A program made the translations under genes and the position numbers. This document shows, piece after piece, positions 46,140 through 56,029 of a stretch of DNA of 64,000 nucleotides. The notes under the pieces were generated by a model. The model did not search any database. It was not told the origin of the DNA and worked only from the letters and a program-made list of their open reading frames with translations. Every line of letters begins with the position of its first letter. Position 1 is the first letter of the stretch. Origin of the DNA: an uncultured Actinomycetes bacterium (GTDB lineage Bacteria; Actinomycetota; Thermoleophilia; Gaiellales; JAICJC01); contig CAVQZC010000007.1 in the NCBI GenBank assembly GCA_963718315.1, forward strand, positions 231,307 to 295,306, read 5' to 3'.

Positions 46140-47352
46140 CGTCCTCATCGACCGGCTGGGGCAGGTTGCCTCGCCGGCCGGTGCAGGCGCGCCGCTGCGC
46201 GGGGAGGCGCTGGGCGCGGTGGACGTCATCGAGGACGCCGCGATCGCGATCGTCGACGGCAGGGTCGCCGCCGTCGGGCCGCGCGACCAGGTGCTGGCGG
46301 TGCACGGGGAGCTGCCGGTGCACGACGCCGGCGGGCGGGCGGCCATTCCCGGGCTGGTCGACTGCCACACCCATGCCGCGTTCGGCGGCGACCGGGTGGG
46401 GGAGTTCGACCTCCGCGCCCGGGGCGCCGGCTACGAGGAGATCGCAGCGGCCGGCGGTGGGATTGCGGCCAGCGTCCGGGCAACACGGGCCGCCGCGACG
46501 GATGGGACGCTGCCCGAGCTGCTGGCAGGCAACCTCGACCAAATGCGACGGGCGGGCACGACCACGGCCGAGGTCAAGTCTGGCTACGGGCTGGATCACG
46601 ACACCGAGCTGGCCATGCTGGACGCGATCCGCCTCGACCACCCGATCGAGACGGCGGCGACATTCCTGGGCGCTCATGCCGTGCCGCCGGAGTGGGCCGA
46701 CGGGGACGCCTACCTCGACTTCGTGATCGGCGATGTGCTGCCCGAGGCCGCGAATCGGTGCGAGGCAGCAGACGTGTTCCTGGAGCGCGGCGCGTTCAGC
46801 GCGGCGCAGGCAGAGCGCTACCTACGCGCAGCCGCAGAGCACGGCCTGGCGCTGAGGATGCACGCCGACCAGTTCAGCGAGGCCGGCGGGGTGGAGCTCG
46901 CAATCGCGCTCGGCGCCCGCTCGATCGACCACCTCGAGCAGACCGGCGACGCCGGCGTCGCGGCGCTCGCCGCATCGTCCGTGGCCGGGGTGCTGCTGCC
47001 GGCCTGCATGGTCACGCTCGACCTCCCACGGCCGCCGGCCCGCGCGCTGATCGACGGAGGGGCGATCGTCGCCCTGGCGACCGACCTCAACCCGGGCAGC
47101 GCGTACTGCCACTCCCTGCCGCTCGTCGTCTCGCTGGCGACCATGCTGCTGGGGATGTCGCCTGCCGAGGCGCTGGGCGCCTGCACGGTCAACGCGGCCT
47201 GGGTGCTCGGCCGCAGCGACCGGCTGGGCCGGATCGCTCCTGGATACGATGCCGACGTGGTGCTGCTGGATGCAACGGACTGGCGCCACCTCGCCTACCA
47301 CCTGGGCGGCGAGGACGTGCACGCAGTGTTCAAGCGGGGAGTGCTTCTGTGA
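46126..47352 (+). CDS. hutI: imidazolonepropionase
   Basis: Amidohydrolase motifs VDCHTHAAFGG, RMHADQ, IDHLE and ALATDLNPGS. The ATG at 46126 is preferred. Confidence 0.85.
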   Translation: MGVASVLIDRLGQVASPAGAGAPLRGEALGAVDVIEDAAIAIVDGRVAAVGPRDQVLAVHGELPVHDAGGRAAIPGLVDCHTHAAFGGDRVGEFDLRARGAGYEEIAAAGGGIAASVRATRAAATDGTLPELLAGNLDQMRRAGTTTAEVKSGYGLDHDTELAMLDAIRLDHPIETAATFLGAHAVPPEWADGDAYLDFVIGDVLPEAANRCEAADVFLERGAFSAAQAERYLRAAAEHGLALRMHADQFSEAGGVELAIALGARSIDHLEQTGDAGVAALAASSVAGVLLPACMVTLDLPRPPARALIDGGAIVALATDLNPGSAYCHSLPLVVSLATMLLGMSPAEALGACTVNAAWVLGRSDRLGRIAPGYDADVVLLDATDWRHLAYHLGGEDVHAVFKRGVLL

Positions 47353-48251
47353 ACGAGCTCGCGCGCAGGCTGCGGCAGCTGCCGCTGCCGGAGGCGGTCG
47401 GGTTGACCGGGGTGGCGATGGCGGTCGCCGGCGTGGCGATCACCGCCGACGCGCTCGTGCGCGCGGCCCAGGACACGGCCGGCGCCTCGCTGCTGGCCTG
47501 GTACCAGCGGCTGCTGCTCGGGCTGTGGACGTTCCGGGTCGAGGAGACCCTCTGGTTCACCGCCGGGCTGCTGCTGCTGTGGTGGGCGCTGGGCAACGGC
47601 TGCCGGCTGGGGGGCTGGGCGCTGCCCGCCTCGAGGCTGGCCGGGGGCGTCGCGGTTGGCTTCGCCCTGGTGGCGGTGGCGATCGTCCTCGCGTCGACGT
47701 TCGTCGCGCTCACCGGCCACATCGGCAGCGGGCTGTCGGAGGTGCAGTTCACCGGGCGCGAGCGGGCCTTCACCTGGCTGCGGCAGGTGACCACGGCCCT
47801 GGCCGGCGGGCTGGTCTGGGCGATCCTCGCTGCCCGCCTGCCCGATGCCGAAGGGCAGCTTCCCAGCCAGGCCGACGAGGAGGAGCTCGACGACAGGCCC
47901 GACTTCGAGCGGCAGCCGCTGTCGGTCGCTCCGTCGCTGATCCCATTCGAGCCCGCGGCGCCGCAGAACGAGCGCGAGCCGGAGCCGGAACCCGAGCCGG
48001 AGGCCGAAGCGCCGGTCGACCGGCGCTGGCCCGCGCCGGCCCCGATTGGCCCACCGGAGCCCGAGCTACCGGCCGCCGACGGCAACGCCGGCAGCCCGGC
48101 CGCGCGAGCGCGCAAGGACTACCACGACCGGCTCGCCTACTCCCCTCGCCGCGACGAGGCTCGGGCACTGGTCGAGCGGATCGCCGAGCTGGAGCAGGCG
48201 GGCGAGACCGGTGAGGCAGAGCAGCTCGCCGCGCAGCTCGCCGAGCTGTAG
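47349..48251 (+). CDS. membrane protein with Glu/Pro-rich C-terminal tail, hypothetical
   Basis: The GTG at 47349 overlaps the hutI stop (GTGA). It has about 4 helices followed by EPEPEPEPEAEA and a helical acidic end. Confidence 0.5.
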   Translation: MNELARRLRQLPLPEAVGLTGVAMAVAGVAITADALVRAAQDTAGASLLAWYQRLLLGLWTFRVEETLWFTAGLLLLWWALGNGCRLGGWALPASRLAGGVAVGFALVAVAIVLASTFVALTGHIGSGLSEVQFTGRERAFTWLRQVTTALAGGLVWAILAARLPDAEGQLPSQADEEELDDRPDFERQPLSVAPSLIPFEPAAPQNEREPEPEPEPEAEAPVDRRWPAPAPIGPPEPELPAADGNAGSPAARARKDYHDRLAYSPRRDEARALVERIAELEQAGETGEAEQLAAQLAEL

Positions 48252-48284
48252 GAGCGGCTGCTCAGCCATCGGTAGACTTGGCTG

Positions 48285-48641
48285 ATGGCCACGAAGAAGC
48301 AGCAGCGCCGCCGGTACCAGCGCGCGAAGGACCATCAGCGCACCATCCACGACGGTGATCCAGAGGCCGAGAGCCCGGCGAAGCCCGACCGCAAGTCGAG
48401 CAATGGCCGCGGTGTGCGCCGGGTGCAGGAGGTGGGGCCGCCGTCGATCATGCGTGCCGCCCGCCGCGCAGCGCTGTTTGCGATCGTCGTGTTCGTGATG
48501 TTCCAGGTGCTGCCGCTCGGCAAGAAGCTGAGCCCACAGGCGGCCGCGATCGAGGCGGGTGCGTTCTTCCTGTGGCTGATCCCCCTCCAGTACCTGATCG
48601 ACCGCTTCAAGTACAACCGGTGGCTGAAGAGCCGCGGCTGA
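48285..48641 (+). CDS. small basic membrane protein, hypothetical
   Basis: 118 aa with a Lys/Arg-rich N-terminus and two helices (ALFAIVVFVMFQVL and AGAFFLWLIPLQYL). Confidence 0.45.
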   Translation: MATKKQQRRRYQRAKDHQRTIHDGDPEAESPAKPDRKSSNGRGVRRVQEVGPPSIMRAARRAALFAIVVFVMFQVLPLGKKLSPQAAAIEAGAFFLWLIPLQYLIDRFKYNRWLKSRG

Positions 48642-49243
48642 CGGTCGACGTCGTCGCGCTGCCCCTCGGCGACTACCAGACGAACTGCTACCTGGTCGCG
48701 GCTCCCGGCGCGTCGGAGGCGGTCGTCGTCGATCCCGGCGATCAGCCCGAGCTGGTGCTGTCCGTCCTCGGCGAACGGGGCTGGACGGCCGCGGCGATCC
48801 TGGTCACGCACGGTCACTTCGACCACCTGGGCGCGGTCGCGGGAGTCGCCGCCGCAACCGGCGCCGAGGTCTGGATCCCCCGCGGTGAGGCCGACGAGCT
48901 GCGCACGTTCGACAGCGCGCCGTACGAGCCGGAGCATCTGGTCGACGGCGGAGAGACCCTGCAGCTGGCCGGGCTCGAGTTCCAGGTGCTCGCCGTCCCT
49001 GGTCACTCGCCGGCTGCCGTCGCCTATGCGACCGACGGGCTGGTGTTCATCGGCGACCTGCTGTTCGCGGGGTCGGTCGGCCGCACCGACCTCAAGGGCT
49101 CCGACCACGACACGCTGCTTGCCAGCATCTCGGCCGTGATGGATGCGCTGCCCGGTGAGACAGTGGTCGCTCCCGGACACGGGCCGGCGACCACGCTGGA
49201 GCGCGAGCGGCTGACCAACCCGTTCCTGGATTCGCTGCGATGA
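48620..49243 (+). CDS. MBL-fold metallo-hydrolase (glyoxalase II-like)
   Basis: VTHGHFDHLG (HxHxDH), PGHSP and DLLFAGSVGRTD. GTG at 48620 is chosen as start. Confidence 0.75.
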   Translation: MAEEPRLTVDVVALPLGDYQTNCYLVAAPGASEAVVVDPGDQPELVLSVLGERGWTAAAILVTHGHFDHLGAVAGVAAATGAEVWIPRGEADELRTFDSAPYEPEHLVDGGETLQLAGLEFQVLAVPGHSPAAVAYATDGLVFIGDLLFAGSVGRTDLKGSDHDTLLASISAVMDALPGETVVAPGHGPATTLERERLTNPFLDSLR

Positions 49244-50478
49244 GCGAGAAGTTCCAGCCGCCGCGCGGCACTCGGGACTGGTACGGCGACGACTCGGCGC
49301 GGCGCCGCTACGTGATCGACCTCGCTCGCGGGGTGTTCGAGCCGGCCGGCTACGGCGAGGTCGTGACGCCAGGGTTCGAGGACACCGCGCTGTTCACGCG
49401 CTCCTCCGGCGAGACGTCCGACGTCGTCAGCAAGGAGATGTACACGTTCGAGGATCGCAGCGGCCGGTCGCTGACGTTGCGGCCCGAGAGCACGGCCCCG
49501 GTCATGCGCGCCTACCTCGACGGGATGACGCGGCTGCCGCAGCCGGTCAAGCTCTGGTATTGCCAGAGCCACTTCCGCTACAACGCGGTGCAGCGGGGCC
49601 GCGCACGCGAGCACTACCAGTTCGGGGTCGAGGTGATCGGCTCCGAGGACGCCGCCGTCGACGCCGAGGTGATCGCGCTGCAGCACCGTTGGTATCAGCG
49701 CTGCGGCGTCCCCGAGCTGCGCCTGGAGCTGAACTCGATCGGCGATGCCAACTGCCGGCCGGCCTACGTCAAGTTGCTCACCGAGTTCCTGGACGCGCAC
49801 ATCGACGAGCTCGACGACGAGTGCCGCGAGCGCCGCAAGACCAACCCGCTGCGCGTGCTCGACTGCAAGAACCCGGGCTGCCAGACGGTGCTGAAGGACG
49901 CGCCCAAGATCACCGACCACCTGTGCGAGGCGTGCGCCACCCACTTCGCCGAGGTGCGCGGCTACCTCGACGCCCGCGGCGTCCCCTACGAGCTGGTGCC
50001 GACGCTGGTGCGCGGCCTCGACTACTACACCCGCACGACCTGGGAATGGACGGCTGCCGGCCTGGCCAGCTCGATCTCGGGCGGCGGCCGCTACGACGGC
50101 CTGTCCGAGCAGATCGGCGGGGCGGCGGCGCCCGGAGTCGGGTTCGGCGCGGGCATCGAGCGGCTGCTCGAGGTGGCCCGTCCTGAGCTTCCGGAGGCGG
50201 CCGGCGGCGTCCTCTTCGCCGTGCTGACCGATGTCGCCCGTCCGCGCGTCTATGCGCTGCTCGATGACGCGCGTGCTGCGGGTATCCGGGCGGACGCAGC
50301 CTACGGCGGCCGCAGGCTGAAGCGGGTGCTCGAGCTGGCGTCGAAGCGCGGCGACCGCGCCGTTGTCATCGTTGGCGATGACGAGTGGTCGCGCGGCGAG
50401 GCGGCGGTGCGCGATATGACTACGGGCGAGCAGCGCGCTGTCGCGCTGGACGACCTGGTGGAGGAGCTGACGCGGTGA
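49240..50478 (+). CDS. hisS: histidine--tRNA ligase
   Basis: PPRGTRDW, class II motif 2 (LWYCQSHFRYNAVQRGRAREHYQFGVEVIG) and GGGRYDGL. Confidence 0.9.
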   Translation: MSEKFQPPRGTRDWYGDDSARRRYVIDLARGVFEPAGYGEVVTPGFEDTALFTRSSGETSDVVSKEMYTFEDRSGRSLTLRPESTAPVMRAYLDGMTRLPQPVKLWYCQSHFRYNAVQRGRAREHYQFGVEVIGSEDAAVDAEVIALQHRWYQRCGVPELRLELNSIGDANCRPAYVKLLTEFLDAHIDELDDECRERRKTNPLRVLDCKNPGCQTVLKDAPKITDHLCEACATHFAEVRGYLDARGVPYELVPTLVRGLDYYTRTTWEWTAAGLASSISGGGRYDGLSEQIGGAAAPGVGFGAGIERLLEVARPELPEAAGGVLFAVLTDVARPRVYALLDDARAAGIRADAAYGGRRLKRVLELASKRGDRAVVIVGDDEWSRGEAAVRDMTTGEQRAVALDDLVEELTR

Positions 50479-52268
50479 GCTACAGGACACGGCTGGGAGG
50501 GGAGCTTCGTGCTGCCGACGCCGGGCAGGCGGTGACGGTTGCCGGGTGGGTGGCCAGCAGCCGCGATCACGGCGGGCTGGTGTTCGTGGACCTGCGCGAC
50601 AGCGGCGGCGTTGTCCAGCTGGTCTTCGACCCCGAGCTGCAGCCGGAGGCACACCGCACCGCGCACGAGCTGCGCAACGAGTTTGTGATCCAGGCCGAGG
50701 GCGTGGTCACGCCGCGGTCGGCGGCGACGGTGAACCCAAAGCTGGGCAGCGGCCAGGTGGAGATCCGCGTGGAACGGCTCGAGATCCTGTCGAAGGCCGG
50801 CGTGCTCCCGTTCCAGCTCGATGAGGAGAACGTCGACGAGACGCTGCGCCTGCGCCACCGCTACCTCGACCTGCGCCGCGACCGCATGCGCCACAACCTG
50901 GAGACGCGGTTCCGGCTGACCCAGACCATCCGCCGCCAGATGGAGGAGGAGGGCTTCTGGGAGCTGGAGACGCCGATCCTCTACAAGTCGACGCCCGAGG
51001 GAGCGCGCGAGTTCATCGTGCCCGCCCGAACGCACCCGGGGAACTTCTACGCGCTGCCGCAGTCGCCGCAGACGTTCAAGCAGCTCTACGTGATCGCCGG
51101 CTACGAGCGCTACTACCAGATCGCCCGGTGCTTTCGGGACGAGGCCACGCGGGCCGACAGGACTCCGGAGTTCACGCAGCTCGACATCGAGGTCGCCTTC
51201 GCCGACCGCGAGGAGATCTACGGGCTGATCGAGCGCCTGTTCGCGCGCATCTGGCGCGACGTTCGCGGCGAGGACCTGGCGATCCCGTTCCCGCGCTTGG
51301 CGTGGGAGGACGCGATGCTGCGCTACGGCTCCGACAAGCCGGACGTGCGGTTCGGCTGCGAGATCGCTGACGTCACCCAGGTGCTGGCGGCGACGGAGTT
51401 CAAGGCGTTTCGCGGCGTGGTCGACTCGGGCGGGGTTGTCCGCGGCTTTGCCTGCCCGGGCGCTACCGACTTCTCCCGCAAGGACTTCGACGACCTGGTC
51501 GAGTTCGCCAAGACGTGGGGCGGCAAGGGCGTCGCCTGGCTGCAGGTGTCAGGAGGCGAGATCCGGTCGCCGATCGCCAAGTTCCTGAGCGAGGCCGAGA
51601 TCGAGGGCATCGTTGCGACGATCGGCGCGGACGACGGCGACACCATCTTCCTGGTGGCCGACGAGAAGGACGCCGCCGTGCGCGTGCTGGGCCCGCTGCG
51701 CCTGCACCTGGGCGAGCGGTTGGGCCTGATCGAGGAGGGATGGCGCTTCCTCTGGGTGACCGACTTCCCGGCGTTCGAATGGGTGCCCGACGAGAAGCGC
51801 TGGAAGGCGGCGCACCACCCGTTCACGTCGCCCAACCTGGCGCTCAACCCGCAGTTCGAGGACGACCCGGCAGGCGCCAAGGCGCTTGCCTACGACCTCG
51901 TTCTCAACGGCAACGAGATCGGCGGCGGGTCGGTGCGGATCCACGACCAGGATGTCCAGCGGCGGCTGTTCGGCGTGCTCGGCCTGTCGGCCGAGGAGGC
52001 CGAGGAGAAGTTCTCGTTCCTGCTGCGCGCGCTCTCCATGGGAGCGCCGCCGCACGCCGGCATCGCCTTCGGGCTCGACCGGCTGGCGATGCTGCTGGCG
52101 GGAGCGGAGTCGTTGCGCGAGGTGATCGCGTTCCCCAAGGGCCAGGGCGGCTTCGACCCGCTGACCGGGGCGCCCAGTGCGGTGCCCACCTCGGCCCTGA
52201 CCGAGGTTGGGCTCCGGCTGATCAACCCGCCAGAACGCCCACCAGGGGCGCCGCCGCAGCAGCCGTAG
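50475..52268 (+). CDS. aspS: aspartate--tRNA ligase
   Basis: The GTG at 50475 overlaps the hisS stop (GTGA). Motifs: OB-fold N-terminus, QSPQTFKQL, FRDEATRADRTPEFTQLD, GGGSVRIH and GIAFGLDRL. Confidence 0.9.
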   Translation: MSYRTRLGGELRAADAGQAVTVAGWVASSRDHGGLVFVDLRDSGGVVQLVFDPELQPEAHRTAHELRNEFVIQAEGVVTPRSAATVNPKLGSGQVEIRVERLEILSKAGVLPFQLDEENVDETLRLRHRYLDLRRDRMRHNLETRFRLTQTIRRQMEEEGFWELETPILYKSTPEGAREFIVPARTHPGNFYALPQSPQTFKQLYVIAGYERYYQIARCFRDEATRADRTPEFTQLDIEVAFADREEIYGLIERLFARIWRDVRGEDLAIPFPRLAWEDAMLRYGSDKPDVRFGCEIADVTQVLAATEFKAFRGVVDSGGVVRGFACPGATDFSRKDFDDLVEFAKTWGGKGVAWLQVSGGEIRSPIAKFLSEAEIEGIVATIGADDGDTIFLVADEKDAAVRVLGPLRLHLGERLGLIEEGWRFLWVTDFPAFEWVPDEKRWKAAHHPFTSPNLALNPQFEDDPAGAKALAYDLVLNGNEIGGGSVRIHDQDVQRRLFGVLGLSAEEAEEKFSFLLRALSMGAPPHAGIAFGLDRLAMLLAGAESLREVIAFPKGQGGFDPLTGAPSAVPTSALTEVGLRLINPPERPPGAPPQQP

Positions 52269-52896
52269 GAGCGCCGCCGGGCGCGGGAGGGTGTTCGTCG
52301 CGGCTGAGGCCGGGCGGAAGCCGGATCCCGTCCAGCGCCCAGGCCATCGAGTCGCCGGTAGCGGGGCGCAGCGCGTAGCTGAACACCGTCTGCGGGCCAC
52401 GCGTGATCTGAATGCTCACCCGCGCACCGGGAGCGCTGCGCGCCTCCTTCACGAGCTGCGTGGCGCGGCGCGCGATGTAGGCGTTTGAGTCGCCGTCCAT
52501 GACCCAGATCTGAGCGGTGTAGCCCTTGGGGTCGGCGACGTGCTGCGGCACGCCGCGGGCCACCTCGACCACGTCGGGCCCGAAGCGGTCGGTGACGACC
52601 TCGTAGCCCCGCAGCCGGCACCCGCAGGCCCGCTGCACGCGGCTGGCCGCGATCGCCGAGTCGACCGAGATCTGGGGGATGTCGGGCGGGGAGACCAACC
52701 GCATCATCGCGATCAGGGTGCCGTGCTGCTCGGTCACCGTGCTGACTCCCTCGCCGAGCTTGATCATCGCCGCAGCGTAGAGGTCGGTCGGCGGGCTCGG
52801 GCGAGCGGTCGCGACGTGCCCGCCCGACTGCCCGAAGCCCAGCAGCACGAACGTGGCCGCCGCGACAACCACGCCCAGGAGGAGTCGGCTCACCAT
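52222..52896 (-). CDS. secreted/anchored hypothetical protein
   Basis: N-terminal helix LLLGVVVAAATFVLLGF. 224 aa. The 3' end overlaps the aspS 3' end by 47 nt (convergent). Confidence 0.4.
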   Translation of the reverse strand: MVSRLLLGVVVAAATFVLLGFGQSGGHVATARPSPPTDLYAAAMIKLGEGVSTVTEQHGTLIAMMRLVSPPDIPQISVDSAIAASRVQRACGCRLRGYEVVTDRFGPDVVEVARGVPQHVADPKGYTAQIWVMDGDSNAYIARRATQLVKEARSAPGARVSIQITRGPQTVFSYALRPATGDSMAWALDGIRLPPGLSRDEHPPAPGGAPTAAAAAPLVGVLAG

Positions 52897-53075
52897 CTTG
52901 CGAATCCTGCCACGTCCGCTACCGTTTGGTCTGCCGGCGCCATTTCGTCAAGCGCACTTCCTTCAAACGTCGTGCGACACTTCCAGCGCAGAGGCAAGGT
53001 CAGACCGGTCGAAGCATCCAGAAAGTGGCCGGGAGCCAAGCCTCAGGCGTCGGCTTGCCCCGATACTCTGCGGCC

Positions 53076-54209
53076 GTGAGCGTCTACCTCGACCACGCGG
53101 CGACCACGCCGCTGTCCCCGGCGGCCCGCGAGGCGATGCTGCCCTACCTCGATGCCTGGTTCGGCAACGCATCGGAGCCCCACGCCTACGGGCGGGACGC
53201 GAAGGCTGGTCTGGAGCGCGCGCGTGGCCTGCTGGCAGAGCTGCTCGGCTGCGAGCCCGAGCAGGTGGTGTTCACGTCCGGCGGCACCGAGGCAGACAAC
53301 CTGGCGCTGTTCGGCCAGGCGGGCGAGCCGCCGGGCCGCATGGTGGTGTCGGCGGTCGAGCACGCGGCCGTGCGGGAGGCGGCGCTGGTCCTTGAGCGGC
53401 GCGGGTTCGAGATCGCCTGGGCGCCGGTGACCCCCGAGGGGGTGGTGGACGTCGCCGCCTACGAGCAGCTGGTGCGGCCGGGTGACCGGCTGGCAGCGGT
53501 GATGTGGGCGAACAACGTGACCGGAGTCGTGCAGCCCGTGGCCGAGTTGGCGGCGATCGCCGCCGAGCACGGCGTCCCGCTGCACACCGATGCTGTCCAG
53601 GCGGCTGCCGGCCTCCCGATCGACGTCGGGGCGGCGGGCGTCGCGACGGCCGCATTCTCTGCCCACAAGGTGAACGGGCCGAAGGGTGTCGGCTGCCTGG
53701 TGGTACGTGAGCCCGCAGTGCGCCCCCAGCAGGTCGGCGGCGGGCAGGAGCGAGGGCTGCGGTCAGGCACCGAGAACGTGGCGGGCGTGGCCGGGTTCGC
53801 GGTTGCGCTGCAGGAGCGGCGGTCGCGGGTGGACGGCCGCGCGCAGGTGCGCGACCTGCTGGAGCGGCTGGTGGACGGCGCCGCTGTGCCGGTCGCGGCC
53901 TCGGCGCCGCGTCTGGACGGGCATTCGCTGCTGCTGGTGGACGGCGTCCGCGCGGAGCTGCTGGTGCTGGCGCTCGACCAGGCCGGGTATGCGGTGTCGG
54001 CAGGTTCGGCCTGCACGGCGGGGGAGAGCGAGCCAAGCCACGTGCTGCTCGCCCAGGGGCTGACGCCGGAGCAGTCCCGCAGCGTGATCAGGGTTTCCCT
54101 CGGACTCGACACGACGGTTGCCGAGATCGAGGGGTTCGCGTCGGCGCTGCGCGCGGCGGTCGACCGCCTGCGTGCCGGCGCGCTGCTGCCCGGCCCGGCC
54201 GGTCACTAG
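53076..54209 (+). CDS. cysteine desulfurase (NifS/IscS-like, class V aminotransferase)
   Basis: The GTG at 53076 gives VYLDHAATTP. It has the PLP lysine in FSAHKVNGPKG and the active-site loop SAGSACTAGE. Confidence 0.85.
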   Translation: MSVYLDHAATTPLSPAAREAMLPYLDAWFGNASEPHAYGRDAKAGLERARGLLAELLGCEPEQVVFTSGGTEADNLALFGQAGEPPGRMVVSAVEHAAVREAALVLERRGFEIAWAPVTPEGVVDVAAYEQLVRPGDRLAAVMWANNVTGVVQPVAELAAIAAEHGVPLHTDAVQAAAGLPIDVGAAGVATAAFSAHKVNGPKGVGCLVVREPAVRPQQVGGGQERGLRSGTENVAGVAGFAVALQERRSRVDGRAQVRDLLERLVDGAAVPVAASAPRLDGHSLLLVDGVRAELLVLALDQAGYAVSAGSACTAGESEPSHVLLAQGLTPEQSRSVIRVSLGLDTTVAEIEGFASALRAAVDRLRAGALLPGPAGH

Positions 54210-54219
54210 GCTTCCGTCC

Positions 54220-55639
54220 ATGCCCAGCCAGGCCGTCATCAGTCACGCGCTGAGCGCACGGCGAGCCGGCTCGTGTGATGCCGCCGGCTGGGTTGGCGTG
54301 GCGGGCTCCGACAGCTGCGGCGATCGGCTGCAGGTCGAGCTGGCGGTGAGAGATGGGCGGGTGGTGCAGGCGCGGTACCGGGCCCACGCCTGCGTCCACG
54401 CGACCGCTGCGGCAGCTCTGGTCTGCGAGCTGGCGGAGGGTCGTCAGGTGCTCGACGCGGCCTGTATCGGCGAGAGCGACCTCGAGCAGGCGCTGGAGCC
54501 GGAGCCCGGGCACCAGGAGTGCCTCGCGCTGGCGGCGGACGCGCTGCATGTCGCGCTCGCCAGTGCGCTGGTCAACGGCTCGCTGCCACCGGTCGCCGGT
54601 CGCGCGGTCGTTGCGATGAGTGGCGGTGTCGACAGCGCCGTGGCTCTCCTGAAGTCCGTCGAGCAGGGGCTCGACCCGGTCGGCGTGACGCTGCGGCTGT
54701 GGATTGATCCCGCGGCGCCGGATGCGGGCCGCGCCTGCTGCTCGGCCGACTCGGTGCGGGCAGCCCGTTCGGCGTGCCACGCGCTGGGGGTGCCGCACGT
54801 GTCGCTCGACCTGCGCGAGGCGTTCCGGCTGGCCGTGGTCGAGCCGTTTGTCGCCGGATATGCCGAGGGGGCGACACCGAATCCGTGCATTCGCTGCAAC
54901 GGCGGCTTCCGGCTGTCCGAGCTGGTGGGGTTTGCCGACCGAATTGGCGCAGGCCCGGTGCTCACCGGGCACTATGCGCGGCTGGTCGAGCGGGATGGTC
55001 ACATCCTCCTTGCAACCGGTCACGACCCCGTCAAGGATCAGTCATACATGCTGTCGCAGGTACCCGAGGCGGTGCTGCGGAGGCTGCAGTTCCCGCTCGG
55101 GGAGCAGGACAAGACGACGACGCGGGCGCAGGCGCGGGCGGCGCATCTCGAGGCCGCCGGACGACGCGAGAGCCAGGAGATCTGCTTTGTCGGCGGCGGC
55201 GACCACCGCGCCTTTCTCGAGGCGCACGGCGGCGCCGGCCCGCGCGGCGAGGTGGTCGACGAGGACGGGGCCATGCTCGGGAGACACGAGGGTTTGCACC
55301 GCTTTACACCTGGGCAACGGCGTGGGATCGGCGTCGCGTCGTCCAGCCCTCTGTTCGTCCTCCGCAACGAGCCTGCGTCCGGGCGGGTCGTGGTCGGCCC
55401 GCGCGAGCGACTGGCGACGACGACCGTGCGCGTCGAGCCGGCCGAGTTGCGGGTCGCGGTCAACCGGGTGCAGGCGAAGCTGCGGTATCGCTCGCCGGCG
55501 GTGTGGGCAAGCGTCCGCGAGGAGGGTGGCGGACTTCGTGCTGGAGCTGGACGAGCCGGCCTACGGTGTCGCGCCGGGCCAGGCCGCCGTCCTCTATGAC
55601 GGAGACGCTGTCGTCGGCTCGGGCGTGATATCTCGATAA
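54220..55639 (+). CDS. mnmA: tRNA 2-thiouridine(34) synthase MnmA with about 110-aa IscU/NifU-like N-terminal extension; apparent 1-nt frame change near 55525-55535
   Basis: PP-loop is VAMSGGVDSAV and the catalytic region is NPCIRCN. The C-terminus ...KLRYRSPAVWASVREEGG continues in the +1 frame as DFVLELDEPAYGVAPGQAAVLYDGDAVVGSGVI, which is the canonical MnmA end. The N-terminal part has CGD...C. Confidence 0.75.
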
Positions 55640-55651
55640 GATGGCGCGGCA

Positions 55652-56029
55652 GTGAATTCGACTGACGTCTGGCATTACGCGCTGGCCCTGTTCCTGGTGC
55701 TCACGGGGATCGGCCTCACCTACATGCTCGTCCGCCTGGGCGGGACGCTGCTCGAGGTGACCGTCTCGTTGAAGCAGGTGATGACCGAGCTGGTGCCGAT
55801 GCTGGGCAAGACGTCGGTGACGCTCGACCACGTGAACGACGAGCTGGGGAAGGTCAGCCACATCACCGACAGCGCTGTCGACGCCGCGGACAAGCTCGAC
55901 CATTCGGTGCGCACGGTGTCCGCGGCGGTTGGCAAGCCGGTGAAGGCGGCGTCGGGGTTCACGGCCGGCGTGTCGGGCGCATTCAGCAGCTTCAAGGCCC
56001 GGCGTGACCAGCGCGGGGGTGCGGTGTGA
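55652..56029 (+). CDS. DUF948-like membrane-anchored protein
   Basis: N-terminal helix WHYALALFLVLTGIGLTYMLV followed by a coiled region (VTVSLKQVMTELVPMLGKTSVTLDHVNDELGKV). Confidence 0.55.
   Translation: MNSTDVWHYALALFLVLTGIGLTYMLVRLGGTLLEVTVSLKQVMTELVPMLGKTSVTLDHVNDELGKVSHITDSAVDAADKLDHSVRTVSAAVGKPVKAASGFTAGVSGAFSSFKARRDQRGGAV

Noticed and set aside
52222-52268. Convergent 47-nt overlap between the aspS 3' end and the 52222..52896 ORF, and a 35-nt overlap at 14501-14535.
   Set aside because: These overlaps could hint at a mis-called gene or antisense regulation. However, stops cannot be moved, both partners look coding, and such overlaps are not rare in compact high-GC genomes. They are not reported as findings.
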